A stretch of 64,000 bases of DNA, taken from the NCBI GenBank assembly GCA_965223545.1, contig OZ245006.1:1664001-1728000 (forward strand). The letters run 5' to 3'. Position numbers and translations under genes: made by a program. Origin of the DNA: Planctomycetota bacterium. Lineage in GTDB: Bacteria > Planctomycetota > UBA1135 > UBA2386. Under the pieces are notes generated by a model that was not told the origin of the DNA, did not search any database, and saw nothing but the letters and a program-made list of their open reading frames with translations. Shown here one piece after another: positions 61,759 through 64,000 of the stretch (within the stretch, counting starts at the first letter, position 1; each line of letters opens with the position of its first letter).

Positions 61759-62591
61759 GATGACTGGGGTTGCCCCTGATCCAGGAGTCGTTGCACCATC
61801 TCGTACAGGAGCTCCTCGGGGAAGGGCTTGGCGAGAAAACCGTCCGCCTTTCGGATGTCCGCCATGGCGATGCGGCTGGCGGTGGACAGCATGACCGGGA
61901 TCGACCGCGTGTCCGGGTCCTCGCGCAGGGCGGAAATCACCTCGAGCCCGTCCATCTCGGGCAGCTCGTAGTCGAGGACGATCAAGTCGGGCCGATGCTC
62001 CCGGGCCAGCGCGAGGCCGCGGTCGCCGTCAGTGGCGACGTCGACCTGGTAGCCGCGGCATTCGAGCAGCCGCTGCACCGCCTCGGCCAAGTCCTCTTCG
62101 TCGTCGATCACCAGGATGCGCTGGGATGCCGGCTCGGCCACCCGCTCGCGCTCGGCGGCGAGCCGGCGCAGCGTCGCGCCGGTCGCCAGTCCCTCGTCGG
62201 CGAAGGCGCCCTCGATCTTGCGCTTGAGCCCCTGGTTGAAGCGACGCACCGCCATCCAAGCCTCGTAGTCCGGGAAATCGGGCTTGATGTCCATCTCGTC
62301 GTGCGTGTCGACCGCGAAGTAGTACTCGCCGCCGACCAAGTGCTCTTGCAGCACGAGCTTCATGAACGGGTAGTTGCGGTTGCCCAGCCGGAACGAGTAG
62401 CGCACTGCGGTGCGACCGTCGTCGCTGGTGGCCTCCTCCTTGTGGAACAGGCCGAGCACCTCGTTGGGGCTCGCGTCGGCGGCGAGCGACAGGTCGGGCA
62501 TCCGCGGCTGGGCCCCGGCGCCGTAGGCAAGGTCGAGATACGTGGTCACCGCCTTGCTCACCGTCGCCAGGTCCAACCGCTCGAGCCTCAC
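61755..62591 (-). CDS. Response regulator: unknown N-terminal domain + C-terminal receiver
   Basis: RILVIDDEE, PDLIVLDYELPEMDG, FLAKPF. Confidence 0.85.
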   Translation of the reverse strand: MRLERLDLATVSKAVTTYLDLAYGAGAQPRMPDLSLAADASPNEVLGLFHKEEATSDDGRTAVRYSFRLGNRNYPFMKLVLQEHLVGGEYYFAVDTHDEMDIKPDFPDYEAWMAVRRFNQGLKRKIEGAFADEGLATGATLRRLAAERERVAEPASQRILVIDDEEDLAEAVQRLLECRGYQVDVATDGDRGLALAREHRPDLIVLDYELPEMDGLEVISALREDPDTRSIPVMLSTASRIAMADIRKADGFLAKPFPEELLYEMVQRLLDQGQPQSS

Positions 62592-63556
62592 GCCTGACCG
62601 ACCTCCCGCGCCGCCGACCCGCGACAGGTCCCCGGGTCGGGCGCCGCATCGAGCGTGCCGACCAGCGCGGCGATGCTGCGGTCGGCCTCTTCGAGTCGGC
62701 AGCGCATTCCCTCGATCATGCCGGCCAAGCCCGCGGGATCGACGAAGTTGGCGGTGCCGACCTGCACCGCGCTGGCGCCGGCGACGATGAACTCGAGCGC
62801 GTCATCCGCGGACGAGATGCCGCCGACACCGATCACCGGGATGCGCACCGCGCGCGCCACGTCGTGCACCATGCGCAGCGCGACCGGCTTGATCGCCGGT
62901 CCCGAGAGGCCACCGATGCGCCGGCCCAGCACCGCGCGCTGGCTGCGCCAATCGACCGCCATGCCGATCAGGGTGTTGATCGCGGTCACGCCATCGGCGC
63001 CGCCGGCCTCGGCGGCGCGGGCGATCTCGGTGATATCGGTGACGTTGGGGGACAACTTGGCGAACACGGGGGTGGCAGCCGGCACGATCGCACGCACCCG
63101 CTGCATGACTTCTTCGGTCAAGGATGGCTGGGTAGAAAAGTACAACCGCCCGCCCTGCACGTTCGGGCACGACAGATTGACCTCGAGCGCGTCCACGCCG
63201 GCCTCGCTGAAGCGGCCCGCCAGCTCGACGAACTCGTCCATGCTCTCGCCGCCGATGTTGACGATCACCTTCGGCCCCAGGGTGCGCATGCGCGGCAGGG
63301 TCTCGGCCAAGAACACTTCGGCACCCCGATTCTCGAGCCCGATCGAGTTGAGCATGCCGGCCGGCGTCTCGGCCAACCGCGGCGGCGGGTTGCCGGGTCG
63401 CGGCGCCCGCGTCACCGTCTTCGACACCAGCGCGCCGACCTGGGTCAGGTCGGCGAACGTGCGCCCCTCCCAACCCGAGCCGAAGGTGCCCGAAGCACTC
63501 ATCAGCGGGTTGTCGAGGAGGAGCTTCGGTCCGATCTGTGCCCGCAGCCTGGACAT
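62588..63556 (-). CDS. pyrD: Dihydroorotate dehydrogenase (family 1B catalytic subunit)
   Basis: NPLMSASGTFG, GMLNSIGLEN, EVNLSCPNV, KLSPNVTDI, GGLSGPAIKP. Confidence 0.95.
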   Translation of the reverse strand: MSRLRAQIGPKLLLDNPLMSASGTFGSGWEGRTFADLTQVGALVSKTVTRAPRPGNPPPRLAETPAGMLNSIGLENRGAEVFLAETLPRMRTLGPKVIVNIGGESMDEFVELAGRFSEAGVDALEVNLSCPNVQGGRLYFSTQPSLTEEVMQRVRAIVPAATPVFAKLSPNVTDITEIARAAEAGGADGVTAINTLIGMAVDWRSQRAVLGRRIGGLSGPAIKPVALRMVHDVARAVRIPVIGVGGISSADDALEFIVAGASAVQVGTANFVDPAGLAGMIEGMRCRLEEADRSIAALVGTLDAAPDPGTCRGSAAREVGQA

Positions 63557-63634
63557 ACGTCGTCCCGGCGAAGGATAGCCGAGGCGGGGGCGCTGTCGAG
63601 CGGGGCCGGCGGATTCTGCCCGCGCGCCGCGGCG

Positions 63635-63663
63635 AAGCGGGAAAATCGAGCCGGACTCCGTAC
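63635..63663 (-). repeat. REP-like unit (single arm)
   Basis: AAGCGGGAAAATCGAGCCGGACTCCGTAC, reverse of consensus with 2 changes; just downstream of the lspA stop. Confidence 0.85.
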
Positions 63664-63669
63664 GTACTG

Positions 63670-64000
63670 CTAGGCGGTTTGGGCGGCGGCGGCGTCGGCC
63701 CGCCAGAGCAGGACGGCCAGGGTGATGGCGCCGACGCAGATGCAGGAGTCGGCCACGTTGAAGGCCGGGAACGAGCGCAGCTCGCCGCCGATGTGGGCCG
63801 AGAACAGCAGGAAATCGCGGACGCCGGAGCGCTCTTCGGTCAGGTTGTCGTACAGGTTGCCGATGGCACCGGCCATGACCAGGCCGAGCACGAACTGCTG
63901 CAGGCGCGCGGCCGCGGGGAGGCGGGCCGCGAACACGACGATCAAGACCAGCGCGACGAAGCGCAGCACGATCAAGGGCGTGGTCAGATCCTGGCCGAGC
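63670..64000 (-). CDS. lspA: Lipoprotein signal peptidase (5' end outside the window)
   Basis: AGAIGNLYD, GVRDFL, FPAFNVADSCI. Confidence 0.9.
   Translation of the reverse strand, partial: LGQDLTTPLIVLRFVALVLIVVFAARLPAAARLQQFVLGLVMAGAIGNLYDNLTEERSGVRDFLLFSAHIGGELRSFPAFNVADSCICVGAITLAVLLWRADAAAAQTA

Overview
High-GC bacterial chromosomal window. The gene content (ECF sigma factors with long C-terminal extensions, Ser/Thr kinases, many FG-GAP/Kelch/ELWxxDGT secreted proteins, waaA) suggests a planctomycete-like lineage; this is an inference. Housekeeping blocks are pilB-pilT-pilB at 1-4 kb, yebC-rpsI-rplM-pyk at 16-19.6 kb and metK-waaA-secA-RR-pyrD-lspA at 55.5-64 kb. They flank a signalling cluster (FHA/TPR protein, membrane protein, Ser/Thr kinase, ECF sigma, Zn-finger anti-sigma-like protein, PspA-like protein) and a ~31-kb accessory region of secreted repeat proteins. 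Main observations: (1) a GTACGGAGYCWGGCTC(C)GATT REP-like palindrome family at six loci; (2) two near-identical IS110 elements inserted at the CTG centre of each arm of one such REP doublet, with guide-like matches to target and donor in their non-coding ends (bridge-RNA-like); (3) a 194-bp, heavily base-paired, gene-less insertion bounded by a TGAGCCTC direct repeat that splits an FG-GAP gene and whose removal restores the frame; (4) a signal-peptide uORF ending in RAPPP, followed by five hairpins, directly upstream of secA (candidate arrest peptide); (5) an anthrax-PA/binary-toxin-B-like lipoprotein fused to a beta-helix; (6) a shared ~120-130-aa C-terminal domain on five unrelated secreted proteins. 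No rRNA, tRNA or CRISPR array was seen. All calls are by eye, without database searches.
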